Positions 1-10,800 of a DNA stretch of 64,000 bases are shown here, one piece after another. Source of the DNA: Ostreococcus lucimarinus. Its lineage: Eukaryota. The stretch lies in the NCBI GenBank assembly GCA_000092065.1, contig CP000586.1, one strand, 5' to 3'. The notes under the pieces are model-generated. The model did no database searches. It was not told the DNA's origin and saw only the letters and a program-made list of their open reading frames with translations. The translations under genes and the position numbers were made by a program. The stretch's first letter is position 1. The number at the start of each line of letters is the position of its first letter.

Positions 1-3000
1 GTGGTGGCATGCAGAGTGGCGGCGGTAGTGCAACATTTTTCTCGTCCACTATCGGCCGTTCAGGCGGAAGCAAGAACACTTCAACACCGCGATTCCGCAT
101 CGCTCGCGATACTTCACCGTGTCTGGGGTCAATAGCTAAGAACAAACGGAAGTTTGGATGCGCTTTCACGATGCGCGGTTGACCATCAATCAAACCGCAC
201 TCGTTCACGAGAAGAAATCCCTCAGGCTCAAGAAGCGGGTTCAAACGGTCAAGAACAGTCGGTGAGCACAAATTCGCGTTCTCTAGCAAAACCCACTCGC
301 CGCTGATGACCGCATTTAGTAAGACACCGTCGACCCACTCGAACTTTCCGGCATCTGGTGAGGGGCCAGGAGCCCACGCTGGTTGGCCAACATTTTCGAC
401 GCGCTCCTTCAAACGCAAGGAACGGGCACCGGCATCGACTTCATAGAGCGCTTTGAGCACATCCAGTAGAGCAGTGTATGAATCTCCACCGGACATATCG
501 ACACTACGCTGCATGATAACTTTGTAACGCTCCCACGTGGTCCAAATTGAGTCAAACAAATCGATGTTTGACCATGTGGCGTGGTTGCCGCACGCAGCCT
601 TGATGGCTGAGAATATGTCTTCTTCAACCGCGGCTCGATCGCGACTTGGATCGCGCTGTTCGAATGAGCCCAATAGCTCGCTTGTATCGGTTGCTGCAGT
701 CAATGCTGCTTGTCTCAAGCGATTACCGGATAATGAAGCCAACATTTGCACGATGGTTGTTTTGCCGCTCGCCGCGGAGCCCACGAGAATGGACATCCAA
801 CCTCGTTGCACGCAATGCGCAACGGCCTCGAACGCGCCGTATTGCCCAGGCAGTAGAGCATACTGGGAGTCGTCGAAGTTGCCCACTTTTGTTTCACCGC
901 AAATCACGCGCGCATCGCCGATACACAAGTGATCGGCGTCGACGTAGACTCTCCGCTCGTCGCACGTCGGCGGTGCGTACCCAAAAGCATCCTTGAAGAG
1001 TGCCTCGCATCGTTCGCGGTCGGCGTACGTGCGCAACCGTTGCACGAATAACGTACCAAACAAACGCTCCACCGCAACGTGAGGCGCAAACGTCGATGAT
1101 CGTTCGGCGAGGTCACACCAGCGCAAGACGTCGCGCAAGTTGAATTCCCACGGAGAGCCGGCTCTCGCAAATGTGCCACCAGGGATACTCGCCGCATGCG
1201 CGAGTGATGCGTTGAAACGAACCATTGCAGAAATACTCTCGGCCGGAATGGACGGATGGAGAGATCTTGAGATGTGCTTCAAGTCATCCGCGCACATCGG
1301 CTCGACATGCACTCGTGTGAAACGATTCAAGAATGACTTAGGCAAGCCCTTGCGACCACCGCCCTCTTGAACGGGGTTCTGCGCTGCAAAAACTCTGAAT
1401 GACGGTGGACACTTAAACGTCTGTCCAAGCTCTGGAACAAATACTTCCGCGCGATGATCCAAGACCGCGTTGAGACCCTCGAGCACCGGTTGCGGGGCGA
1501 GGTTTAACTCGTCGAGCAAAACCCAATCACCCGCTTTCAGAGCTGCCAAAAACGCACCGTCTGACCAAACAAACTCCCCTGCCGCACCACTGGCGGCAGG
1601 TAAATCGGCGCCGAGTAAATCCATCATATCGGTTTGTTCGCTCAAGTTGAGGCGGACAAGTTTATGACCTGACGCCGCTGCTAGTGCGGAAACAATCGAA
1701 GTCTTACCCACTCCAGGACTACCTTCGAGAAGTATAGGCTTACTCAACTGCATCGCACGCATAATTCTCGCCGCGTTCTTTTTCGTGGATGGCGCTGAAA
1801 GTTCAAAGCTACCTCGGCTGATGGCGTGATGACCGCATGATATCTTGAACGGCGCCACACCAAATAAACCATCGGCATCGACTTCAAAACTGGTCATCGC
1901 GCTACCTTCCGGAGAGGCCGCGAACGAGAGCGTCTCGTGCTCCTGCGTTGATTTAAACATGTCAGTAAAATATCGTTTTGAAGAAAACATAAATGATGAC
2001 GATTCAGTGGAGGTGCTCAGGGTTGTGAGAATATTGTCTCTCAGTACCGAAGCTCGGAAACTTACCAGGTACAACGGAGCATCATCGCACCTCCACTGAG
2101 TCGCCATCGTATCGCGGTCGAATGCACGCACCTCTTCTGGAAGTTGTCGCTGTAAGAAACTCAAACACTTGATCTTAATCTGCCTCGCTGCCTCTTCAGG
2201 CATGCCAAGTCCCAACCCGAGCCCATCAAGCAAGGTGAGGTACGCGCCGTGAGCGTACGCTTCTGACGGACTCAACGGAGCTCCACGAGACGGGTCTACC
2301 ATTTCGCGCATGAAGTTTGCCCAGCCAATTAAATCGCGCACCGCAAGCGCGGCGCGAGCTGTGCTACTGCCCGCATTATCGTGATAAAATTCCCAAAACT
2401 CTGCGAGACGCCTGGGAAACGGAGTGAGAGAGACTTGAGACATCCTCTTGGCGACGATGTTTTCCATCTCACTCGCTTTGCCGACGCTTCCGATCCATAC
2501 TTCGGTGAAACGATTTCGAAGTGCGGGCGAAAGCTCCTTCTTGCCGAAATCTCCACCAGGATTCATCGTTCCGAGAATCAAAAAGTTTGGATGCGCGGCG
2601 AGTTCTTCAACCTCGGCGCCACCCTTTTCAGGAAGCGTAATCGAACGACCGGGTTCAAGTACAGAGTTTAAACGCTCGAGTACAGAATCTTCCGCGAGTG
2701 AAAGTTCGTCCACAAGTAGGATATCACCATCACGCATGGCTTTGATCAAAGGGCCGTCTTCCCACGCAAATGGTGCAGCCGTTTTACCTTCATCCATCAT
2801 CTCCTGCCGTTCAGACGTTCTTGTCGGCCTGAAACCACCTATGAAATCGCTCGTCTCGGTGTGCTGATGACAGTTCAGAATGCGAAGATTTTGACCACGC
2901 AAGAGCGCTAGAAGTTGACAAACGGAGGTTTTCCCGCAACCCGTTTCGCCGACGAGCAACGCCGGTTCTTTGTGATTCATACAACCTTCAACCAACGCAA

Positions 3001-6000
3001 ACAGACGCCGCATTGCGGGCGTCCACGCGATTGTATCAGCTAACGCAGCGGCATCTGCAGCTTCCACTCCGCCAAGTTTCTTCGCTTGCGACGCAGCGTC
3101 GACCAAACTCTTCTCAAGCACACCTTCCTGCGCGGACGCATAAAGCGTGCTCTCGATTAGAGGTGGCACCTTCAAATACTTTTCGAGAACTTCACGGATT
3201 GAATGCCGTTCGACGTCGCTTCGAAGACGCTCACCGAGTACTCTGAAACCATCCGCGGCGAGCGCTTCGTAGCCGTTGCTTTGGCGATTCGCCCAGCGGA
3301 ACAAATCTCTCGCCGTGATGTAACCATCTTTACCGGCGAAGGCGCGAGACCCTTGACGCCGTCTTTGTAACTCGCGCATGACCTCGACAAGCTTGACGCA
3401 ATACGAAGGTGCGATTTCACATCGAGTGTGCAGAATTGTTTTCAGCTCTTCGTCGGGAATGTCACCTATATGAAGCTCCATGAACCTGTTTCTAAACGCC
3501 TTGCTGAGCACTTTACGACCGCCGTACACCGCCCCGGGTGGATTTTGTGTGGCAAATAGCATAAAGTGCGGATGCGGACGGATGGTCTCCTGCAACTCAG
3601 GTACAAACAGTTCTCTGTTGTCATCTAAAAGTCGGTTAAGCGCTTCAAGCACGTCCGTAGGCGCCAAGTTGAGCTCGTCAAGCACGACCCAGTAGCCTTT
3701 GCGAACAGCTTGCACGAGCGCTCCCTCCTGGAACACGAGTTGACCTGCGAGTGGAAGAAAGTAGCGTCAGAGTCAGTGTCGTTGGCGTCAGCGTCGACAA
3801 AACAAATGCAACCAAACGTGCCCGCTTGTTTCCGCGCGGCGAATTTCGGGACTCAAACCGTTCACGTCCTGGGTGCCAGGTTCTACGCCAGCGTTCGGCG
3901 ACGCAAACACGTAAGATATCCGCGTTGATGTTCGGCCACTTTCCGAGCCCCCGTTCCCACGGAATTAGGGAAGACGGCTAACGAACTAGTGGCCGGAAAA
4001 ACGGGACGAAGAAAGTTTGCGCACGCACCTGTCTCGTCGGTAACGTAAGTGCCGAGGTACTCTTGCAAATCCGTATGCTCGTGATTGTTGATGCGCATGA
4101 AGCGATGCCCGGTTCTGTGCGCGAGGTACTCCACGAGCGACGTTTTACCACTCGACGTGGGTCCTTGTAAGAGAATCGGATGCCGACGTAACAACACCGC
4201 GCGAGCCAGATTCGATAAGTGACCGCGAACGGTCTCCGTGACGACGTATTTGCCCTCTTCGGGATTGACACGAGGAAGATCACCCGCCTCCACCCAGAAA
4301 TGTTCCAACAGCACGTGCGTGTCCCCAGCCGGCGGGTTAGGGGGCGTTTTCATAGCCTGCGAATGCGAAACGTTAGTGTCAGTATCAGTGCGCGCAAACA
4401 TATGTAAGTGTAGAAAAACGTCTTCCAAAACCTCAGGAGATCAGAGATGGAATAGGTATTGTTTTTCGTGAATGTACCGTCGCTGGCGTGATACGCCCGA
4501 TCTCGCTAAGCCCATAAGCAGTGGGCCTCGAGAGCGTGAGCGACGGAAAAGTCGCGCAATCGATTGAATGTAAAAGTGGCGTACCTTTAGAGCGGCTCCA
4601 CGGAGAAGATGCTTGACCATGAGCTTTTCGAGAATGACGCCACTTTCGGTTTTGAGTAGCGTCAGAAAAGACATCGCGAAGCCGTCGAACAAAGCCCTTT
4701 GTAAGCCGTATATCCCAGTCGCTGCGCGCACGTATTCGCACGCGCGCGATAGCGTACGCAATGAGTACTGTGGCTTTTGATCCGCACTGTCCAGCAACGT
4801 CGTGTGAGCCGCTTGTCGGGCAGCGATGTAAAAGTCGACAATGTCGTCAACCTGCACCCCTGGAACGCCGTGCAAGTACGTGTCGACGATCATCGCCAGA
4901 TCATCTCGTCCCTCGGTCTCTCCGGCGTAAATTTCCACAAACCTGTGTTTCAACGCTGTTGGTAGATCTCTCTTACCTACATCGGTCGCGGGGTTCATGG
5001 CGCCGAAGAGGCGGAATCGAGGGTGGCGTGGAATCGGCTCGCCGTCGCCGCGCTCGCTCAGCACAATGCTGCCGGACTCGCTTTCTAAAATCCCTCCGAG
5101 ACGTTCAAGAGTCTCCGCTGGGGCTAAATTTATTTCATCAAGAAGTATCCAATGTCCTTCGCGAAGGGCGGTGATGAGTGCGCCTTCGACGAAAGCGAAA
5201 ACTGGCCCACCATTTTTGCTTGCGTTCGTGGAATGCTCCACGACGCTCAGATCACGCTCAAAGTCTCGCCACGCCGCGACGAGATCGTCCGACAACACGC
5301 TCGTCGTCTTCCGACGTTTATTTGCCTTTTTACCATCATCGGTATTCTCACGAGATTTTGCGTCCTGCGCGGCCTCCGCTGCAAGCTTTGCGACGCGTTC
5401 GACGCCGGCTCTAAATGCATGCAACAAGTGCGTCCACTTTTTCTTTTCTGCGTATCGCGATATGCGCGTGAGAAATTCCGCGTTGGAAGCCGAAGGGAAG
5501 GTTCGGTTGAACGCGTTATGAAACTTCGGAAGCAAAGGAAGGCACAAATGTCGCGCGCTTACCGGTTTGAAACCGCCGAGAAAATCCGCAGACTCGGACT
5601 GATTGCTCAAGTTAACGACGGTGAGCGGCGCGCCCGTGAGACGCGCGAGCTCCTGAACTAGGGCCGTTTTACCAGTCCCAGTCTCGCCCACGAGTAACAC
5701 GGGCTCGGTGAGCTGGACCGCCGCCGCCGTGCGCTCCAACAGGCGAGATGCATGTCCAGTCCTGGACCACTTGGCGCCGCGAGCGTTCGTTTTTCCGACG
5801 GGTAACGCGCACCGCCCAATCGTCACCGATTGGTGGCTCTCTTGAATGGTGGGCTTGTGCAACCGATCCGTCGCGTCTGCGGTGTCTTCCGCCGGAAGCC
5901 CCCACGTCGCAGCGATCATCTTCAACACTCGACGTCGACCTGGACCTGCGGGCAGCATGCCCGCGAGCACATCCGCGGCTTCCTCGTAAGCCGCCGCTCG

Positions 6001-7779
6001 AAGTTGCGGCGGCGCCGCCTTGCCCGGCTGCAATAACGCGAGTTCGTGCCTGCGAAGCGCCTGAATGCGTCGCGCCCAACGAATTAAATCTCTCAACGTA
6101 AAGGGACGACCAGCGTGCACGCGCGCTAACGCATGGTTGACGTCATTCGCTTGAGCTTCTAATCCAGACGCCGCGCGATCGAAGCGCGCGTCGTCGCTCG
6201 TCGCCTCCTGAATGGTGACGTCTTGCTCGGAGATCTCCCCAAGACCGGCGGCCTCGCCCGCGGCCGCGCCGCCTTGACCGCACAAACTTTGCACCTGACG
6301 AACTGTCGCCAGCATTGATTGCGCGAGCGGCGCCAAGTTTGGATACAAGCCGCAAAGAATCGCCGTCGCCTCGTCGCCGCGCGGCGGCTCGACGACGACG
6401 CGCGTCCACAGTCCGGAAAGCGGGTCCGCGCTCGCCGATGTCGACCGTCCGGCCTCGGTGGTGATTGAACCAAACAGTTGAAATCCAGGCGCGGCCTGAA
6501 TGCTCTCGCCGCGCCCCGGGACGTAAAGCCTGCGCTTCTCTAAAAGCGGCACCAGCGCGGAGAGCACCTCGAACGGCGCGAGATCGACGTCTTCGATGAG
6601 CACCCAGACCCCTCTCGTCACCGCCTGCGTCAACGCTCCGGGCTGCCACTTGAACTCGCCTGGGGCGGCGCCACACACGTACGCGCCGAGTAATGACTTC
6701 GAATCAGTTTGCGCGTCCAAGTGCAGGGTGACGAAATCGCCGTTGCCTGTCACGCGCGCCACCTCCTCGAGCGCGGCGGATTTTCCGCAACCGGCGGGAC
6801 CTTCGAGCAAGACGGGTCGGTTTCGGCAGAGCGCCAACGCGACGGCGGCGAGATTCCGGCGTGCGCTTTCGGTGTAAATCATCGGCGGCTTTTGTTCGCG
6901 CCCACTCGAACTCGCGTCGTCGGCGCCGCGCCGCCGTAACTCGACGCCGCCGACGCGCACGTATCCTTTCGCGGGCGCGGCGAAGTCGTCGACTCGGGAT
7001 AAATCCGCGGCGCCCAGAAAGTCCTCGTCGTCCGCGCCTGCGGACTCGCCGCTCGCTCGGACGCGCCCCGGATGTAACCAAAACATCGCGCGCGCGTTCG
7101 CAAACTCTAAATTTCGCGCCTCTCTCCGCGCTCCGTACTCGTGAAACGCCTCGTCGTCGCGCGTCGTCGCGCGACGCATCGCGTCCAACCCCTTCGCGCT
7201 CACCCCCAGCGCGAGCGCCACGAGCGCGCACGCGTTATACCTCACCTCATCGCTCTCCGCGCGCAACCACCTCGTCGCGGACGACCAATCGAACCTCTCC
7301 CGCGTCGACGGACACGCGCGCCAAATCGCCTCCAACGCTCGCGTCGCCGCGCTCGTCTCGCTCGCCTCCATCCCTCGCGTCTTCGCGTGCACCGCGCCCA
7401 CGACCCCATCGAACGCCCCCCGCGTCAAAATCTCCTCGCACGCCCTCGCGCAGTGCGGCAGCAGCTCGCACGCGACGCCCAGCGCCACGCACGTCGTCGC
7501 CGCGTCCCGCTCGCCGCGCGCGCTCGCGTCGCCCGCGTCGCCCGCCGCGGCCAGCATCCGCGCTCGCGCCGCCGACGCCGCCGCCATCGTCGTCCGCGGG
7601 CGCAGCACCGCGTCCAAGACGTCCGCGTCCGTCGCCCTCGACGCGTCGATCGCCCCGCGCGCGTCGTCGCGTCGCGCGTCGTCGTCGTCGCGCCTCTTCT
7701 CGCCGCCGCCGCCGTCGTCGTCGCGCGTCGTCGCGTCGTCCCCGCGTCGCGCGCGCGCGTCGCGACGCCGCGTCGACAT
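1..7779 (-). CDS. MDN1: Midasin (MDN1/Rea1) AAA+ ATPase, N-terminal tandem AAA ring region. Partial: the 3' end lies beyond the window start. Proposed structure: exons 7779..4585, 4356..4029 and 3744..1.
   Basis: Repeated AAA modules on the minus strand: VLLEGPAGCGKS, VLLVGETGTGKT, ILLQGPTSSGKTSLVEYLA, and LVFQEGALVQAVRKGYWVVLDELNLAP near 3660-3740. The ENANLCSPTVLDRLNPLLE module sits near 200-330, so the frame is open to position 1. The 7857 start of the ORF track is GTG; the first ATG is at 7779. Frame changes at ~4430 and ~3770-3880 are explained by two GT-AG introns. Confidence 0.85.
3745..4028 (-). other. Predicted spliceosomal intron 2 of midasin: 284 nt, phase 1, donor ACAG|GTGCGT, acceptor CTTTCTTCCACTCGCAG|GT.
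   Basis: The exon ends ...HEHTDLQEYLGTYVTDETG. After the intron the frame gives (G)QLVFQEGALVQAVRKGYWVVLDELNLAP, reconstituting the conserved midasin AAA3 motif. The unspliced ORF reads through into a non-homologous tail and a stop at 3883. Confidence 0.6.
4357..4584 (-). other. Predicted spliceosomal intron 1 of midasin: 228 nt, phase 0, donor AAG|GTACGC, acceptor TTCGCATTCGCAG|GCT.
   Basis: The upstream exon ends ...KHLLRGAALK and the ORF then runs into a stop at 4441. The downstream frame resumes with AMKTPPNPPAGDTHVLLEHFWVEAGDLP...LLQGPTSSGKTSLVEY. The boundaries are canonical and a pyrimidine tract precedes the acceptor. Confidence 0.55.
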
Positions 7780-8134
7780 CGCGACGCGCGCGCGCCCGCG
7801 AACGATCGCGCGTCCGACGCCGTTCGCCGCGACGCGCTCGCGCGCGCGCGAATGCACGCCTCGGAAGCGCGGTCGTTCGGTCGTTCGCGGTCGAGCGCGC
7901 GCGCGCCCGTAACAAAAACGAAATCATCGGCGTTCGCGTCGGCGGAGAGGCGACCGCGCGGTCGGGACGTCGCGATCCAGCGGGCGCGCGCACTGCGTCG
8001 ATGTCGTTCTATTTTCGCGCGCGGTCGAGCGCGCCGACGCGTCGAGTTCGCCGTCGCGCATGCATTCGTTCGCGCGCGCGCATTCATTCACTCCGTCTGT
8101 TCGTCTCGCGACGACGGACGGCCGCGACGGGGCC

Positions 8135-8326
8135 ATCGGTTGGTTTTCATATATATAGCTCAATTGGAGGTACTATACGTTCTCGGTGTGTATATAAAGA
8201 CGGTACGTCTACCCATGTACCGTATTCGATCGGTTGGTTTTCATATATACAGCGCAATTGGAGGTACTATACGTTCTCGGTGTACATATAAAGACGGTAC
8301 GTCTACCCATGTACCGTATTCGATGG
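8135..8326. repeat. AT-rich tandem duplication: 2 copies of a 94-bp unit, ~96% identical. It lies in the divergent intergenic region between midasin and the G-patch gene.
   Basis: The unit atcggttggttttcatatata.agc.caattggaggtactatacgttctcggtgt..atataaagacggtacgtctacccatgtaccgtattcg appears twice in direct succession. Each copy carries a TATATA/TATAAAG stretch and the 7-bp dyad ACGGTAC-N10-GTACCGT. Confidence 0.8.
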
Positions 8327-8426
8327 AACGGCGCGCGCCGCGCGCGCGCACGCGCGCGACGACGTCTTCACTCGCGCGCGCGCGGGACGCGCGCGACGCG
8401 CGCGGGACGCGGGCACGCGCGACGCG

Positions 8427-10772
8427 ATGGTGCGCACGTCTCGCGCGGCGTCGACCGCGGCGTCGTCGGCGAACGGCGACGTCTCGCACGTGACGCGCGG
8501 GACGGCGGTGACGCGCGACGCGACGGCGCCGCGCCGCGAGACGGCGACGGAGGCGTCCGATACACGACGGGTTCGCGGCGCGCGCGCCGGTGGGTTCGTC
8601 TGGGGGCGCGTCGACGCGGTCGGCACCGCGGCGGGGTTCGAGCCGGGGAGGTTTCGGTCGACGCGCGAGGCGCGCGCGACGACGACGCGAGGCGACGGTG
8701 CGGCGACGGATTACATGGACGAGGACGAGCGCGAAGAATACGAGAGCGTGACGCTGCGGGCGAGGGCGAGGTACGATACGTTCGGGGAGGGCGCGCGGGA
8801 GGCGCACAGGGCGATGGCGTGGGATCGGGGGGGGGCGGGGGGGTCGGCGAGCGAGACGCTGGCGCGGTCGGCGGCGGTGACGGATTTGTTCGTCGCGCCG
8901 CGCGAGGACGCGGTCGGGGCGCGGTTGTTGCGGTGCATGGGGTGGCGACGAGGGCGCGTGGGCGGCGGGACGGGCGGTGGGGTGGCGGTGGACGAGGACG
9001 AGACGCCGGCGTACGTCGCGGATCCGAAGAACGATAGGCGAGGCGTCGGGTACGACGCGTTCGCGGGGGCGGAGGAGTTTCGCGACGCGGCGACGCGGCG
9101 GAAGCGCGAGATGGAGCGGGAGAACGCGGGGTTGACGCGCGGGCGCGCGCGGGGGGAGGCGTTCGGCGTGGGGGTGTTCGAGGAAGAGGACGAGGCGCTG
9201 TACACGGAGGACGAGCCGAAATTGAACGAGTACGCGTTTGAGATGGAGGAGGAGGAGGAGGAAGACGAGTCGACGCGCGATCCGAGGGCGCGCGGGAAGG
9301 GCGCCGTGCTGGCGCTCGGCGCGGCGTTACCGAACGATTGTCTCGTGCGCGGGTTTCGCGTGTCGAGCGACACGCTCGCGCCGCCGAAATGGTTCGCGCC
9401 GCCCGTCGTGCCTCGCGACTTTCGGCCGCGCGCCGCGGCGACTTTGAAGGCGTCGATGAAGGCGAGCGCGATGGCGGCGTCGCAGCCCGAACTTCCACCG
9501 AAAGCGCCGCCGCCGGCGAACGAGGAGCGTAAAAAAGTCATCGACACTCTCGCCGCGTTCGTCGCCAGGCACGGGAAAACTTTCGAGGACATGGCCAAGG
9601 CGCGGCAAGGCGAAGACGACGAAAAGTTTTCCTTTCTCTTCGGCGGTAGAGATTCGGGATATTACAAATGGCGTTTGGCCACGGCGATGATCGAACAAAA
9701 CTCCGAAGCCGTGGCGCCACCCGCACGCCGCGCGCGACCGCTCGGAATGGAGGAGCGCGCGAGAATTCTCGGTGAGACGCCCTTGCCCGCGCGCGCCGGC
9801 GGCGGGGCGACGGACGCGCCGGCGCCGGCGCCGGCGCCGAGGCAAAAGTTGAGCATCGACGGCATCGCTGCCGACGATCGCGAGCGCATACAAAAGCTGT
9901 TGAGCAAAACGTTCACGTCAGGTGGCGTCGTGCAAACCGCCAAGGTTGAGAAAGTTGGTCTGCACGTCCTCGAGAAGAGCGCGCCGAAGCCCGCGCCGAA
10001 CGAGGAGGAAGCGGCGGCGCGCGCGGACATGGTTTCGCGCATGCCCATCGTTTCCGCGCGCAACACCATTGACTGGGCACCTGAACCACTGGTGTGCAAA
10101 CGATTCGGAATTCAAGATCCGTTCGCCAACAGAGCGCGTCCGGATACTCAAGAGTATAAATTCCGCACCGACGTCTTGGCGCTCGACGCGACGAGCGCCG
10201 CCGCGCTCGCGAACGCGCCCAAGTATCTGGACGTGCCCCCACCGCCGTCGGCTGTACAATCGACGACGCGTGCTATTCCGCCGCCACCTCCCCCATCGTC
10301 GACATCAGCGCCGCTCCCACCGCCGCCGCCGCCGCCCCGCGCCGCGACAACGATGGTCGAGGTGCCCCCGCCGCCGCCGTTTGTCGAAAAGCCGATGGGG
10401 CTGTTCAAAGCCATCTTCGAAAACTCAGACGACGACGTGGAAGCTGAAGAGGAAGCGAACGAAACGGAAGCGGACCTGGACGCCATCAAGGCGGCGCTTT
10501 CGACGCGATCGGACCCGGCGCCCGTCGAGGAGAAGGCTCGGCAGACCGAGGGACCTGTGTGGTCGTCGGCAGTCATGACAAACCCCGCGGCGGCGAGCGA
10601 GCGGGATTCCGAGAAGCGCAAGCGCTCGAAAAAGAAGAAAGAGAAAAAGGAGAAGAAGGAGAAAAAGCGTTCGAAAGATAGCCGTAGACGACGCAAAAAA
10701 CATAGAAAGCGTTCGAGACGCAACTACGATTCGTCGTCGTCGTCGTCGTCGAGTTCGTACACTAGCGATTGA
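8427..10772 (+). CDS. G-patch domain protein (GPATCH1/SUGP-like). It has a central SURP-like motif and a Lys/Ser-rich C-terminal tail.
   Basis: The G-patch-like motif GARLLRCMGWRRGRVGGGTGGGV is present. So is the SURP-like IDTLAAFVARHGKTFEDMAKARQGEDDEKFSFLFGGRDSGYYKWRL. The C-terminal WAPEPLVCKRFGIQDPF motif is followed by KRKRSKKKKEKKEKKEKKRSK...SSSSSSSS. The start is ATG. Confidence 0.6.
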   Translation: MVRTSRAASTAASSANGDVSHVTRGTAVTRDATAPRRETATEASDTRRVRGARAGGFVWGRVDAVGTAAGFEPGRFRSTREARATTTRGDGAATDYMDEDEREEYESVTLRARARYDTFGEGAREAHRAMAWDRGGAGGSASETLARSAAVTDLFVAPREDAVGARLLRCMGWRRGRVGGGTGGGVAVDEDETPAYVADPKNDRRGVGYDAFAGAEEFRDAATRRKREMERENAGLTRGRARGEAFGVGVFEEEDEALYTEDEPKLNEYAFEMEEEEEEDESTRDPRARGKGAVLALGAALPNDCLVRGFRVSSDTLAPPKWFAPPVVPRDFRPRAAATLKASMKASAMAASQPELPPKAPPPANEERKKVIDTLAAFVARHGKTFEDMAKARQGEDDEKFSFLFGGRDSGYYKWRLATAMIEQNSEAVAPPARRARPLGMEERARILGETPLPARAGGGATDAPAPAPAPRQKLSIDGIAADDRERIQKLLSKTFTSGGVVQTAKVEKVGLHVLEKSAPKPAPNEEEAAARADMVSRMPIVSARNTIDWAPEPLVCKRFGIQDPFANRARPDTQEYKFRTDVLALDATSAAALANAPKYLDVPPPPSAVQSTTRAIPPPPPPSSTSAPLPPPPPPPRAATTMVEVPPPPPFVEKPMGLFKAIFENSDDDVEAEEEANETEADLDAIKAALSTRSDPAPVEEKARQTEGPVWSSAVMTNPAAASERDSEKRKRSKKKKEKKEKKEKKRSKDSRRRRKKHRKRSRRNYDSSSSSSSSSYTSD

Positions 10773-10800
10773 TTTGAACAAGAATGTTCTAGATTCTAGC

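Noticed and set aside
6861-9498. Several very long ORFs of the ORF track, all Arg/Ala/Pro/Ser-rich: 6861..8291 (+, 476 aa), 7141..8493 (+, 450 aa), 7247..7993 (-), 7425..8087 (-), 8368..9498 (-, 376 aa), 8711..9598 (-).
   Set aside because: They are low-complexity translations of extremely GC-rich DNA (few stop codons). They overlap or lie antisense to the real midasin 5' end and the G-patch gene. They have no motifs and several begin with non-ATG starts.
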